DNA of 63,480 bases, the filler included, from Olpidium bornovanus S191 (taxonomy: Eukaryota > Fungi > Olpidiomycota): assembly GCA_017911155.1 (NCBI GenBank). It is 26 parts of 26 records of this genome, joined end to end, with 100 filler letters (N's around TTAATTAATTAA, not from the genome) between each part and the next. Parts side by side here need not be neighbours in the genome. Positions count along the whole stretch, not along the records: positions 22,037 to 25,791 come from JAEFCI010009570.1; positions 25,892 to 29,805 come from JAEFCI010007154.1; positions 29,906 to 35,442 come from JAEFCI010000400.1; positions 35,543 to 36,756 come from JAEFCI010012277.1; 22 more parts are not named here. One strand, 5' to 3'. The notes beneath the pieces are model-generated. The model did not search any database. It had not been told where the DNA came from and worked only from the letters and a program-made list of their open reading frames with translations. Positions 23,549-36,640 of the stretch are shown one piece after another. Positions within the stretch are counted from its first letter, which is position 1, and each line of letters begins with the position of its first letter. The position numbers and the translations under genes were made by a program.

Positions 23549-24102
23549 GGCGGACGACGGGAAAAAAAAATATGATGGGACAGAGCCCGAGGGACCTGGA
23601 GCACCTGGCCGACACCTGGTGAGCGCGGCCTCGATGGCGTCCAGGGACGAAAACATGGAACGTGAAAACATATAAAAAAAGGCCCGCGAACAGGACGGCG
23701 CGGCGCACCGGGCCCCGTGCGCGGAACACGCTCCCTGACGTATCCCCCTTACCCTCCCTCCTGCCCTTTCCCGGACCTCAAGGTTCATCGCCTGCCGAGC
23801 AGGGAACCTCTCGCTGCTGGTGACGCTGCTCTTCTCCGGCGAGCGCTTCTCAAACCTTTCCTTTTTGCTGCACCTGCCTCACCCGAGCCCGCCCCGGCCA
23901 GACTACGTGGCGGACCCGGCCTTGGCCGCCGAAGCTGTACCGCTGCTTGGGACCAGCGCCGCCAACATGACAGGCCTGCACCTCGCGCTGTCCGCCTGTT
24001 TCAGTAACTGGGACCCCGAGCCCTTTGCGCGCCACTCGCCAGACACCCTCCGGTTGCAGAGGAAGAGGCTCGTAATGCAGATCATCGAGGTACAGCCCGG
24101 CC

Positions 24103-24139
<37 letters not shown>

Positions 24140-26784
24140 GGGGGGGGTGTTGGGGGGCGATGAGCTAGCTTTGGATGGGGTGAGAAGGTCTTCGTGGCTT
24201 GTTTGCGGGTGGGGGGGAACAGCGGGCGGGGGTGAATGGGAGACTGGTTTGTAAGATGAACCGAGCTTTGATTCGGCGCGCGTCGTGGGCGAACGAGGGA
24301 AAGTGCGTCCGCCTTTCTTAATGGGCTCCGGATAATCGTGATCTTGAAATTCCGTTGCTGTGAACTTCCTCGGAAGATTCGCGGGCATCGACGAGCCGAC
24401 CAGGGGAGCGGGGGGCCGGGAGAGATGGCAGGTGAACTTTACCTTCAACCACTCTGCGAGCAGCATACCTCTCGCGTCCCCCGCGCGCGGAGATTGCCGT
24501 GGGATTGCCGCTCTTTGACCTGCGTTGCCCAAAATTGGGGGGATGGGGCAGGGGTTACGTTGATGCGCGAATGTAGTTACGAATCGACTCCGGAATTTTT
24601 CGGCTCGAATACTTTTTTATTTTCGAAAACATAGTCGAGGTAAATGATAACCAAAACCGTAGACATTGATGCGTATGTGGCCGCGGGCCCGCGAAGTCCG
24701 GTTAGTGTCAGGTTCGGATTGGAAGTTGGTTGATGATGGGCAGTTGGCCATCAGCGGCAGCGGCTGTCGGCCGACATCGAAAAACTGTGCGGGCGGTAGC
24801 GGCGGCGTTTGGTAAGCAACGGCAGCTGGGTTGCAAGGGTGCCTCGAAAAAGAGAGGAGGGATAAAAACAAAACTGGGGGCAGCGAAACGGCGGTGACGG
24901 GTTTTTTTTTCTCTCTCGGGTCTCTCGGGGAGTTGGGGGTTAGGGGAATGGAAATGGGGGAGGGGGGAGGAGGAGGGGGGCGGGGTTATCCTCGGAATTT
25001 TCTTTTTCATTAGTTGTCGACGGTGGGCGAAAAGTCGGGTTGAAAGCCTGACGGCCAATTGAAAAAATGGTCGACGAAAACGAAACAACGGGACAACGAC
25101 GAAATATTAAGATTGTCCGCATAAAGTGCGGGTGGCCGCGAGAGGTATCTCCATTATCTTTTTCTTTGGCGGCGGACCGGCCTGTAAAATGGCCCTCTAG
25201 GCAGCCGTCATGTTCATGGTGAGACGGAAATTGGCGTGGATGCGCGCCGCGAAGGCGCGCTGTCAAGGAAGTGGGGCCGAGAAATGCCTTTCAAATTGTG
25301 CACTGCCAAATGCGCACTGATGCGTGCGTGGGGAACGTGCTGCGAAAGGCGTGTGTTCCCCGGTTTGACGGCGACTTGAAAATTATTTTTGGGTTATGAC
25401 GGCAGGCAAGGCGAATACACGTTTTTGTAGGGAAAGTAGCCGCAAAGCGGGAGGGGGAAGGCGGAGAACGGCGGGGAGAGATTTGCAGAATACATAAAAA
25501 TTCGGCCATTGGGGCCATAGGCCGGCCTTCAACCAGAGACTGCGGGCAGGTTAGGTCGTTTTGTTTATGGACGGGCACGCTGAAAATGCGCGAAGCGAAA
25601 AGCACGGAGGCCTCGTAAGAGCATTACGACGGCGGCAACTTTTTGATGCGGTTACCAGCTATTTTTTTCTCATGCGTAGCGTCACTTTACTTTGTATTTG
25701 ATTGCAGTGCGTTAGTCCCATCCGACTGTACACACTCCCTTTATTAACCTTATCAGAGGTTTACGGGATTAATGAACAGCTTTTTCGTAACNNNNNNNNN
25801 NNNNNNNNNNNNNNNNNNNNNNNNNNNNNNNNNNNTTAATTAATTAANNNNNNNNNNNNNNNNNNNNNNNNNNNNNNNNNNNNNNNNNNNNCTGCAAGGA
25901 TTCTCAGACAAATCCGGTTACGCGCTCTGTACATTTGCATACAGCACGGGGCCGGGCAGCGAACCCGTTATTTTTGAGGGGAGGACGGAGGTGAGCTACG
26001 TCCCCGCCCATGCTGCTTTTGGCTTCAAGTCGCCCGCCAATTCTCACCTGGGGTTACTGGGGGGGGGGGGGGGCGGGGGGGGGCTGAAAGGGCCGCATTG
26101 TCCCGCCAAGGGGCCCGCCGGATTTTGGGTGGGACCCTGTTTTCCTACCCGATGGCTTTGACCAGACGTGAGTGGCGGAGATTTTGCTTTGAGTTGTCCG
26201 TAAAAGCACGCGTGGGCTGACGCCCACGGGTTCCAGGTATGCGGAAATGCCGAAAGCAACGAAAAACGCCATATCCCACCGGTTTCGTGCCTTGGATAAG
26301 CTGCGAGCCTACCTCAGCCAGGGAATCTAGCAGCACGTTGGACTTTTCCGGACAAACCCTGTGGCGTGCACGCGTGGATGAGGCCTCCGGGCAAATCCAG
26401 CGATCTCGCCGCGATAACCGTGCGTCTAATCAGTTTGTATTCCGAGGCCAGTCGAGAATTGAACATATTTCGGCTGGGCCGCAGCCCAGAGCGCCTCGAT
26501 CCCGAAGGGGGCGTATGTCCTGGATAAAGCGGGTGGCCGGAGTCGCGCAGGGGCGACGGGAGTTTGGCGGTCCGCCTGCTGCATTTATCGGGGGAAAGGG
26601 CCAACGGGCGGCAGGCGTGGAGCCGTTGGGGCCCGTAATACTGTAGCGGGACAGGAGGGGGAGGGAATTGGAGGGAAGAGGGGGGATTTTCGTCTGCCTA
26701 GAAACGTTCGGCGATCGTCGGCGGCGCGCTGCAGGCATCTCCAGCGAAAGGGACGGGCGGAGCGTGCCGGACGAGCGCCCCGCC

Positions 26785-29203
26785 ATGTCGACGTCCTTCC
26801 TTAACACGTCCGCCTCGCCCGTCGCTGTCACGGACTCGGCAAACGTGAAACTTCGGGGCGGACAGTATGCCCTGTGCGTCTCGGCCTCCCTGCCCGTCGC
26901 CGACGCAACCGTCCCCGCCGGCGGGGCGGGCGCGCCCTCCTTCACGACGGCCGTGGCCGCCTTTGCCGACCCGATCGCTTCCGGCTGCCCCGGCGACCGC
27001 GGGGTCCTCCAGCTCCAGCTGCAATCCCTTACCACCAACAACGTGTGGGCAGCCAAGCTGGACTCGGAGTGTACGCGCGGTCCTGTCGAGTTCCGCGGTC
27101 CGCGGTTGGCGCGAGGGCGGAATACGGCATGCGTGCCGCTCGGTCCCTTGCGCACTTCGACGAGAGTACCATTATGATCGGATGTGCTCTCCAGTCGTGC
27201 GCTGCCGGTTTTCGCGTTTAATCACGCGTTTTCCCGACTCCCGTCCTTCGCCCGCCCCGCGCAACTCCCCGCAGACGTCGAGCTGATCACCAAGAAAACC
27301 GGAAACTACAAGAGATTTCCAGTTCTCGTGGAGATGCTGATAACCGCTTTGAAACAGGTACGCACGGCCGCCAGAGGGTAAGCTGGCTTATTCTTCGCAC
27401 GCCGGATCCTCAGAGCGGCCGCCTGCGTTGCACAGTTGCGGGCCGGTTGTTGCCTGGCGTTTGACGCGATTCCGGGGCATTGTTTTCCGCGATAGGACAG
27501 CCGGACGCTGTCATTGGACCTTCTCACCCAAGAGGATTTTGCAACTTTGAAATCCGGCGATGATATTGCTTCGAGACGAGCCGAGAATACCACCGAAGGC
27601 GACGCGACCCCCGGCAGCAAGCGCTATCTGGTGCTGACCTACAACACGACGTTCGACCGGTAAAAAAAAAAGATATGCTTGCCCCTGCGTGGCGTTGCGC
27701 GCAGCGTCAACTTCACCGGCAACGCCGGTGGAAGGTCCGCTATTTTTGCTTACTTCGGCTGTATACAGAGTGCACTACCCGCTACCGCTCACGTTCCAGC
27801 CCCGCCCAATTGTCGTTGAGCCGTGTTCCTCCTCCGACCACGCGCGGCAAACGGCGGGGAACGCGGGTAGGGCGTTGGACAAGAATGGCCGCGCGGTGGG
27901 CGCCGTGGGAGGGACATCCGTGGCGCGCGAGCTGCGTATTCTTGTTGACAATCTCCAGGCCGAGCGTGCTAAACACCTCGAAGAGATTGAGATGGTACGC
28001 CCAAATCGCGCGTCTCAAGCAACAACCCCCTTCTCTAGTCAACCTCGCGGCTGCCCGGCCATTTCTCCTCGGCAGGCTTCTCGTAACACTCGCTGCTCAC
28101 CGCCGACCGTTACATATCTCCTCGCGCCACTCCCTTTGGAAGCTGCGTCGTCTTAATAGTCGGCTGTCGCGCCAGCTCCAGGAGTCCACCGCCGCGCAAG
28201 TGGCTTCGACCGAGTCCCTCAACGCGGCAGTCTGCTCCCTGCAGGAGGACAATGCCAGGCTGACCAGCGAGCGGCAATCTTCGGAGGCCGCGTTCTCCCG
28301 CCTGCATGAGGAGGCGGAGCGGGAGGTGCGCTGCATTCAGCGGGAGTTCGATGTCTTGTGCGCTGAAATCGAACAGTGGAAGGCGAGCGAACTTGATGCG
28401 CAGGGAACACCCGTCCCGCACATGAAATCGCCCAACGGCGGGCAGGGGGATCACATCAAGAAGCTGCACAAGCTGATGCAGGGGTTAATCGTGGGTAGCA
28501 TTCCGGCCGAACGTGGACCGGATTTTTTGCCGTCGTGAGGCCTGATCCGCGGGGCGGTTTTGTTTCGCTGACGAAGTGGATGGGTGGGGGGGGGGGGTCA
28601 TCTTTCCTTGTGCGCTACGGCCCGTTCGAAAAAAAAAAAAAAAAAAAAAAAAAGAAAGAGCTCCACCGGACCAAAGCCAAGGCAGAAAAGGCCCTGTCAC
28701 AGAAAACGCGGCACATCGAGGAACTGTCGGCCGAGCTCGACGTGTCGCGGATGACGGAGAAGAGCCTGCGCGCGCGCTGCAAAGAGCTTTCCGAAAAAAA
28801 CCAGAACCTCCGGGCAAGCGCGGAGTTCAATCCCGTGCTGAAGTCGCGGCCGATACGCGCGGCGATTCACGGAGGCGGCGGCGAGGGCCCCAAAAAGCCT
28901 AGGGCCGCGGCCCAGCGCGCGTGGTCCTCACGAGCCGGGGCGCCCGTCAGCCCGCCAAAGGCGACCGACCGATTCTGGTGCGGTCGACGGCCGTACATCA
29001 GCCCGTACGCCCAGGGAAGCCCATCCCGACATCGGAGCGCGGGGTCGCCTGCCAGATTTGATCCGACAGAGTAAGGCGGGCAGGACTGGGATCTTTTTGC
29101 CGCGAGGGTAAAAGTTTCCTGACGCCCGGCCCATTCTTTACTCCGTGCCGCGCAGGTACGTCCGGCAACGCAAGCGGGTTATGGAAGAACGACGAGCCCG
29201 AAG
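26785..29203 (+). CDS. CCDC61: CCDC61/VFL3 centriole/basal-body protein (SAS-6/XRCC4-like head plus coiled coil), multi-exon; the C-terminus may continue
   Basis: Head domain: NVWAAKLDSE|..VELITKKTGNYKRFPVLVEMLITALKQ|DSRTLSLDLLTQEDF...SKRYLVLTYNTTFDR|VHYPLPL, matching the CCDC61 pattern HKTGNFKQF...TLDLLT...KRYLILIYSVEFDRIHYPLPL. A coiled coil follows, then C-terminal RFDPTE|YVRQRKR (CCDC61 RFDPTAFV). Confidence 0.92.
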
Positions 29204-29905
29204 GTGAGCCTCTCACGGATTACTGTGCGCCCCGTTCCTTTGACCGCTGGGAGCTCACGCTGCCGCGCTTGCGGTATGTTCAGTTTGTCCGCAGGGCGGG
29301 TCTTTCGAACCGGAGTCTTGCCGGACACTTTTCGTGACTCCGATCACGACAACGCAAGATCCGCCGCGAGCGACGGTCGAACGACGTTTCCACGTACGAA
29401 ACAGTAGAATTTTATTTCTTCCGATTTTTTTAGCATTCTGCGTAGTGGTTTTGCGAACTGTTGACGGAAACTCTGCCTAGTCCGTCAGCCCGGCGGACGG
29501 TCCGTATCGGCTGGCGCCTCGAAACCGAGCCGCGACAATAGTGAGTGCCTGACTTTTGTTTCGCGACCAGTCTTTTGTCTGGTGACTTTGACGCTCATCC
29601 GAATTAGCTTGCGAGTAACGTGGTTACGTCACCTTGCTTTCTTGTCTTTGCCAGGCACGTCCGTCAAGTGCATGCCTGCGTCCTCATGGGCGCACTCCAA
29701 AGAACGAGCACAGATTCACGACGGGAGCGTCACGAGAAAAAACGACTTTTCGCCTGCCCGGCAGCCTTCCTCGAAAGGGTCGTGGCGCTGCTTGCCCCCA
29801 AGCGCNNNNNNNNNNNNNNNNNNNNNNNNNNNNNNNNNNNNNNNNNNNNTTAATTAATTAANNNNNNNNNNNNNNNNNNNNNNNNNNNNNNNNNNNNNNN
29901 NNNNN

Positions 29906-32685
29906 ACATGTGCAAGACGCCGAAGATGATCGACATCTTCATCTTGTATGAATTCGTAAACAAAAGGGCATTTTCCGCCAGGTGCCAGGCCTGTTGGTGG
30001 GGCAGCGAGGGTTTGGCGCGATGTTTTCGTCGCGAACGTCTCTGATGAAACTACGTGGCCAACTAACCGGATCCAAACCAAATGGGTACGTGTAACCGGC
30101 AACTCTCGCAGCAGTAACGGTCTCGCTGACTTGCGTTCGATCGAACACCCAGCCGGTCTCAGCCAGGAAAACCGCCCGAGAGAAGACGTCGTTGTAGATT
30201 AGACCAGTGAACATAGAGAACACGCCCATTACAAGAATGATGTACCGGCCTCCGAAGAACATTGAGAAGATCTGTTGCCAGACCAGGTGCGTAAGGAATG
30301 TCCCACCGTCAGCAAAACTATGCGGAGCGTCGCCGCCGTCCAACTCCAAAACCTTGATGCATCAAACAAACGCACCTCATGGTTTTCCTGCGCTGCCAAT
30401 CTCCGCTCGTTCATGACCATCCAGAGAGCAAACATGGTGACCATGAATCCGTGTCCCAAGTCACCGAACATGACGGCAAAAAAGAACGGGAACGTGATGA
30501 CCGTAAAAAGGCCAGGGTTTACTTCACGATACTGAGCAACGCCGTACGCATCAATGATTCCCTGAAAGCCCTTGGTGACCTTGTTGGTGCGATGATAGGT
30601 CGGCGGCTCCTTCGCCGTCCGAAGCTCGTGGAGGATCGAAGGAACATTTGCGCCGCAACGGTCCTACCGGGAGCCACGTAAGGCGAGTGAAAGCCACGAC
30701 ACACTGTGCACACCTTCGTGCTTACAATCACTTGCCGCATTGTTTGCTGTACTGGTCCGATGGCAGCGCACGGGCACCACGCTTCGGCGATCAGGCACTT
30801 TCGATTGGGGTCATAATTGAACAAGTTCATGGCGTGATAAATAGCCTTTTCCTTCTTGATGATGGTTGACCAATCCGTGACCCTCGTCGAAACCCTCGCA
30901 AGCTCGTGGTGACGTGCTTTCTTCGTATTTTGTAGTACCTACCAAGTCACGCACTCACTGTCAACGGACCCCAACCTGCAGACAAAATTCCTACGTTCCT
31001 CACAAACCAAACCACCATCCTCACATTAGTCAGATCTTCAATCCGTGACGAAACCTCTAATGCCATTTCCCTGCGGCGGTCGGCGTCCGCATCGATAGCG
31101 TACAGCGTTCCACCAAGAGAATCGGAAATTTTACGTATCTTAGCCAACAACTCGGTGCCGTGGGCAAAAATGATGAATACGTTCTTTTCTGAGGCATCGT
31201 CGGTGTGAGGGTCGACGATGGGATCTTCAATCTCTGCGCTGTTCATGTACAAGTTTCCGCGCAGTGCGCGCCACAGAATCCGCTCGAAGGACGCCATGCG
31301 CGCACGCGGGATGGTGCCCGCAACAAAGCTGGGCCGCGGCAAAGTATAATCTTCCGTGTTGTTAGACACGGTTGCGGAACTGTAACACTCGCAATAAAAC
31401 TTGCCGGAAACGCACCCTATCGTTATGGTTCCTGACCTCCTCCCGTAGTCGACAGCATTTGCTTCCAGGTCCCGTCGGAGCAGTGGATCGCGTAGATCTT
31501 CTGTCGAATGCCGGATGTCTTCTTCCCTATCATAAGCCTGTGTGCACGTTATTTGATGATGCGGCACGCAAGTCCCGTTGGGTCAGAAATAGCCAGCAGC
31601 GAACATTCACCCGGTTCCACAAAGGTGACAGTCGTATTACAGGTTAAAAAGAGAAACGGATAAAGGCAATTTCTATGAGCAGTACTTTCCCCGGCTTAAC
31701 ATTCCCGTTTCCACGCAGGAAAAATAAAAAAATGAAATAGAATATCTGAAACCAGAATAAATAAAATAATGTTAAATGAAATAAAAATAACAACCCTAAA
31801 GAAAAATAAATAAAATAACATAAAATAAACAATATAAAAATAAACAACATCAAAAATATTATCATATAATAAACAACATAAAAAACACAACACAAAAAAA
31901 CTAACGTAAAATAAATAAGATAAAAATAAGTAAAACAGCTCCTTTTGAACAAAACCGCACACTCACCGCCTCGAAGAACCGCGCCGTCTCCCGCAGAACG
32001 TGTCCAAGCTCCGTGAGTTCAAGATATCGGCTTTTCAACGTCTCCATCCCGGTGTTCATCTGCAGCACCCGGTTCTCGTGGAGACTGAGCTGCTCCTCCA
32101 GTTCGTCGATTTCCCGGGCGGTGCGTGCGCCGGAGGTGCGGGAAACGCGCAAGGTGGTAGTAGGCCGGATCTGGATGTTTTCCTTCTCGATCTGACTCGA
32201 GAGGAAGCCTGACCCACGTGTTTCCGGATACCAGGTCAAGCGAACTGGCACGGCTCAAAGGGTCTTTCGAGCGGCCGAAGCTGGCGGGCCCACACCCACG
32301 TATTTTCCGTTCTATCTCATCGAGCCTTCGAACCTCGTTGACGAAAGCGCGTTGGAACGCCCCCAAGTCGCTGTTCAGCTGCGACGTACGAAGCGATCGC
32401 TTCTAAGCTTCGGCGGCTCTCACATGCAGCGTTCCCTGCCCGTGGCCCTGCACGGAAAGGCACACGTTTTCCTGGTCGTTTTTCAAGACTCACGTCTCTG
32501 AAGTGAACGACGCCCATCTCGCCGAGCGCGCTGACCGTCAGCTGTGCCACTTCACTCGGGATGTACAGCTGGACCAACGCCATTTCCTCCGACCTGAACA
32601 GGCTGGATTGCACTGCGTCCAGATCGACCTGCATCCGTCCCGCCTCGGGTTCGGCGTGCCTACGTCGCGCCGCGCGTCGCGGCAT
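29906..32685 (-). CDS. VPH1: V-type H+-ATPase V0 subunit a, paralog A (N-terminal two-thirds; truncated at contig edge)
   Basis: [57 protein letters not shown]...[95 protein letters not shown]. The start is ATG 32685 or 32634. VPH1 versus STV1 subtype not resolved. Confidence 0.96.
31700..31935. other. AT-rich low-complexity island inside a V-ATPase intron
   Basis: Almost pure A/T with sparse C and very few G on the + strand, inside the intron at about 31538-31966 in an otherwise GC-rich contig. Confidence 0.85.
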
Positions 32686-33569
32686 GGGCGGAAGTTACAC
32701 GTTCCGGCCGGCGGCAGCGTTTCACGCGGCTGTGGAACCCGGAGAGCGCAGAGCCTGCAGAGGCGCCAGCACAAACACGAAAAAGAGAACACGAAGAGCC
32801 CCGACAGAGGGGGCAAAGGCGCGCGGAAGCGCCCGCTTTCTCCAAGCGGGGCTTGGAAAAAGCGCGTCTGCGCGCGCGTCTGCGTTGTTGGTTGGTTGGG
32901 TGAGAGTGTGAGTGAGGGAGTGAGCGTGAGTGTGATGAGTGTGAGCCGGCGAGTGAGGGAACCGAAGCGACGGGGCGGAGGGAGTGAGCGCGCGGGCGTG
33001 CGCGCGCGCGTCGTTTGCATTAACCCGCAATAACGAGAATTGAATTGGATGTGTTCCACCCACGCCCCCCTCCCCACCCCCCTCCCCCTTCTCCTCCTCC
33101 TCCCAACCCCATCCGTTTCTTGCGCCGGGAACAACTGCAACGAAAAGAGCATGAACAAACAAACAAACAAAAAAAAACCAGATAACCCTCCACCCTTCCC
33201 CCCCCCCCTCCTTCTCCCCCCCTCCCCTTCCCCTTCCCACTCGAGCGTCTGCGATCCAGGGGCGTCTCTGCGCGATTTCCACGCGCTCTGCACGCCGGCC
33301 GCTGTACTGGCTGCTAGCGCCCTTCTGAACGACTTGTCGCTTCAAAGACCCGCTGGAGTTGTCTCCAGGCTCTGAAATTACGCCGCGATTTCCACCTCTG
33401 GGAACTATTGCAAACCAATGATCTGGGCGCAGGAGTAAACTCGAGTTGCCGAACCGTAATCTCAACGAAACCCGCCAAGGGTTCCCACAAAAATGGAGTT
33501 ATTTACGCCAGGGAAACCAAAAAGTGTGAACAGCGTTTTAAAAGGCGTGAACGAGGAAACCGCCAAACG

Positions 33570-34511
33570 TGTGCCTACTCCATCTTCCGCGACCGTTGTT
33601 TCTTGATCGGCACAGCCGATTGGGGCTTGCCGGCCTTCCGAGCAGTCGACGACCAGTAGTAGAACTAGGGTAGAAGAAGGTTTCGGTGGTGAGCCCCGGT
33701 GTCATTTGACAATGTAACATAACAGCAATGATGGAGGCACATAGATTGTTTTAAAATTCCAGGCACAGAGAAGAAAAGAAAAGAGACAAACAGAAAGGAA
33801 AGTCGCGCCATGAAAACCCACGATCTGAAACAATAGGCAGCCGTTGAAGAAAGCACCCAGGAGAACCCCAGACAGGAGGAGATTGTCCTTGACCTCCTGC
33901 AGTGTGGTGAACACCCGAGCCATAGCCCCCGCGAAGAAGAGGAAAACTGTGACAGCGGAAAGTTGCCCCGTGCTTTTGCTCCTGTAATTCTCGTAAATTT
34001 GCGGCGCACGGCTGAGGGCGATGTTCGGTATGGTGGCCATTTGCAGGTACGCCATTACGTAGTCGTTGACAAGGGAAACGTCGGCGAGAATCGCGCTCAT
34101 TGCGAGAAAGGCAAGCGGCGCTAGGGCGGCGACGGTCTTCCTTCCGCGGTAGCTCAGGATAAGGGAGAGGATAATAACGTTCTGGACGGTGATAAACAAC
34201 GTCTCGCCATAGGTGCTGAACGGGTTGCCCAAACGGATGTTGTAGGCGAGCGAAACGACGTATCCGGCAGTCTCAAGGAGCGCCGAAGCCATCGACAGGC
34301 CCTGGGCAGACCGACCGTTGACGATTTTGAGAACCTGCGGCAGTTTCACTACGCTGCCGCCTACCACGATGGCAAAGCCCAGCGCCTTGCTGACCGCCAG
34401 GTTGCGGCACGGCGCGTCGAACACGTCCAGCCGCTCCACGAGGGTCCAATAGCACTTGTGGCCGATCAGTCCGACCAGCTGGTCCCTCACCAACGGGTTG
34501 AGCTGCACCAT
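33570..34511 (-). CDS. MPDU1: Mannose-P-dolichol utilization defect 1 (Lec35) PQ-loop membrane protein; extreme 3' end uncertain
   Basis: ATG 34511 (MVQLNP). SKALGFAIVVGGSVVKLPQVLKI...AQGLS...PFSTYGETLFITVQN and RAPQIYENYRSKSTGQLSAVTVFL...ARVFTTLQEV; intron from 33821, next exon FYYWSS. Confidence 0.95.
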
Positions 34512-35542
34512 GACGCGGCTCACCCCTACTGCAACCGCGTGTTGCGCCGAAGATGCTTCAACCGCCGCGAAGGCAAGCTCCGCCCGCCGGTACGCTGGCT
34601 GCCGCGGAAGAGCCGAGTGCACGGTCCCGACCGGAGCCAGCGCGGAACGTAGGCGCGCCCGCTGCGCCCGCAGGAAAGAGACAGGCGAGACGCTCCCCGG
34701 AGCTTTCCCAGGCGGCCGCTTCCCCGCAGAACCGATCTCGAAGCGACGACGGGGCAGCTCGCCAGAAACCGGCCTGAAACTTTCTCCTTTCCTCCTCCGT
34801 TCGCCTCCAGCCTGCGACGGCACGAGCCGAGACCGCGGCCGCCTTTGACGCGGCGGGAAGGAGGGGCAAAGCGGGCGCCGGCGTAGGCCGGGAAGCCGGA
34901 CGGCGCGCCAGAGACGCGTGTGCTGGGGGATCGCGCGTCCGCCCTGGGTGCCGGCGGGGGGACGGGTGGGTTGGTTGCGGGGCGGTAAGTTTCAAATCGA
35001 CATACGCATTTTTCTAATGGAGAGAATAAACGCAGCATAAAAAATGCTTCGAGTTGCGCCCTGGCCTTCAATGGATAATTTGCTATCTCCGCGAGCCAAT
35101 TTGATTACAATCAATAATTACTTATGCTCCAGGGTTACCCGTGGTTCTTCATTTTTCCCGTGCTCGGGGAGAAGTGGTGGGGGACGCGCTGCGTAGCAAA
35201 GGTTAGACGTTTTTTCCACTGCTTCCTGCCGTTCTTTGCGGCTTCTCGCCGTATCTGCGCGTCCCAGTGCATCGCCGTCGACGCGTAGCGCTCCTCCCAT
35301 CACGATGTCGGCCTTACGGGTGCGGCGACTTCCGTTGGCTCCCGCAGAATCTTGCGGAGCCTTCGGCGCATTCCGGATGGCTGGGCATCGGCCGAGACGC
35401 ATATGAAGGGTGCCCGGCTGTCGGCCCATCAGTGAGTTTGCANNNNNNNNNNNNNNNNNNNNNNNNNNNNNNNNNNNNNNNNNNNNTTAATTAATTAANN
35501 NNNNNNNNNNNNNNNNNNNNNNNNNNNNNNNNNNNNNNNNNN

Positions 35543-36583
35543 CCTGTTTTGCGGCCCTCCATCGAGAAAATGCTCTGCAGCATTCCGAGAAACAGGTAAT
35601 CAGAGACCGGCGGTTGCACGTGGTCCCACTTGACAAGTTCCCAAGAGCCTTACCCTCGTCATGCATTGACATCCGCGGCGGTAGAGCGTTTACAGGGATT
35701 TCGTATGGGTGATACAAGACCGGTTTGACTGCCTTCACTGGTGGAGTCTCGCACAGCCGCTGTCGTTTCGCAGGTGGACCGGCCGCGCCTTCGAATGACA
35801 AAAAACCCCCCAAATATTAGATTCGCGGATGCGCAACGAGCAGGCGAGCCGGGCCTCGGCCGGGGCGGTGAAAGTAGGTGGTGTAATAAAAATAACAAAA
35901 GCAGATGTTCGGCGGCCCGATAGACGGAGAAAACCAGTGCAGAAAATTGCAAACGCAGGCTACCCGGAGGTCCATCGTGCACGGTGCGCTTCTGCTGTAT
36001 ACCTGGATGGTCTCGGCGTGAACCCTCGTCTCCGGAGTCCGCCCCGGGCCGGTCGATCACGGTGACGGTGGGCGACGCACGGCCGCTCCGTGGCGATTCA
36101 GTCTGCGGCCGCGGCACGACGGTGCGACCCCAGTGGTCCTCCTGTTCGAACTGCTCAAGGTTCCTGTCGTATATGTTCCGCATAACGTACGCCGCGTTCG
36201 TGCACGTAGACGGAAAGTCGAAGGAAACGCATATTGTTTTCCACGCCCGGTCGGCAGTGACCTGCGAGCAGGAGGAGGAGCGAAAGGTCAAACCCGCGCG
36301 GAACCGCGGAAAATATCAGAGAGGGTTTGCGGTGCTTTCTGGGGGCGGCGCGCTCAGTCCGAAAGGGAGGGGGGACCGAATCGCTCTGCGGCGCACAAGG
36401 CGATGCCGAACGAGGAAAGCGGCTCGCGTTTCACGAGGCACGCCCGGATGCGCGCAGAGGCGAGTCTGCCCACTGGCAACACGACCGACCTTGTGGTAAC
36501 CGCCATGGGCGAGAACGGCGTCGTAAATCTTCTTCAAATCGAGCCTCTTTCCTCCGAGCACGGGCTCTTTGAGAAGAGAGGTT
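35543..36583 (-). CDS. RSC9: ARID-domain chromatin remodeller subunit, Rsc9/ARID2-like, internal fragment
   Basis: FKEPVLGGKRLDLKKIYDAVLAHGGYHK|VTADRAWKTICVSFDFPSTCTNAAYVMRNIYDRNLEQFEQ is an N-terminal ARID. The last visible exon HFLDGGPQNR precedes the expected Rsc9/ARID2 'LLLALKSG' block. Confidence 0.75.
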
Positions 36584-36601
36584 CTGGCGGTGGCCGGGGA
36601 A

Positions 36602-36640
<39 letters not shown>

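Noticed and set aside
31644-31962. Hydrophobic Phe/Leu/Tyr-rich ORFs resembling membrane or mitochondrial proteins
   Set aside because: They are translations of the AT-rich intron island inside the V-ATPase gene; no organellar gene motif.
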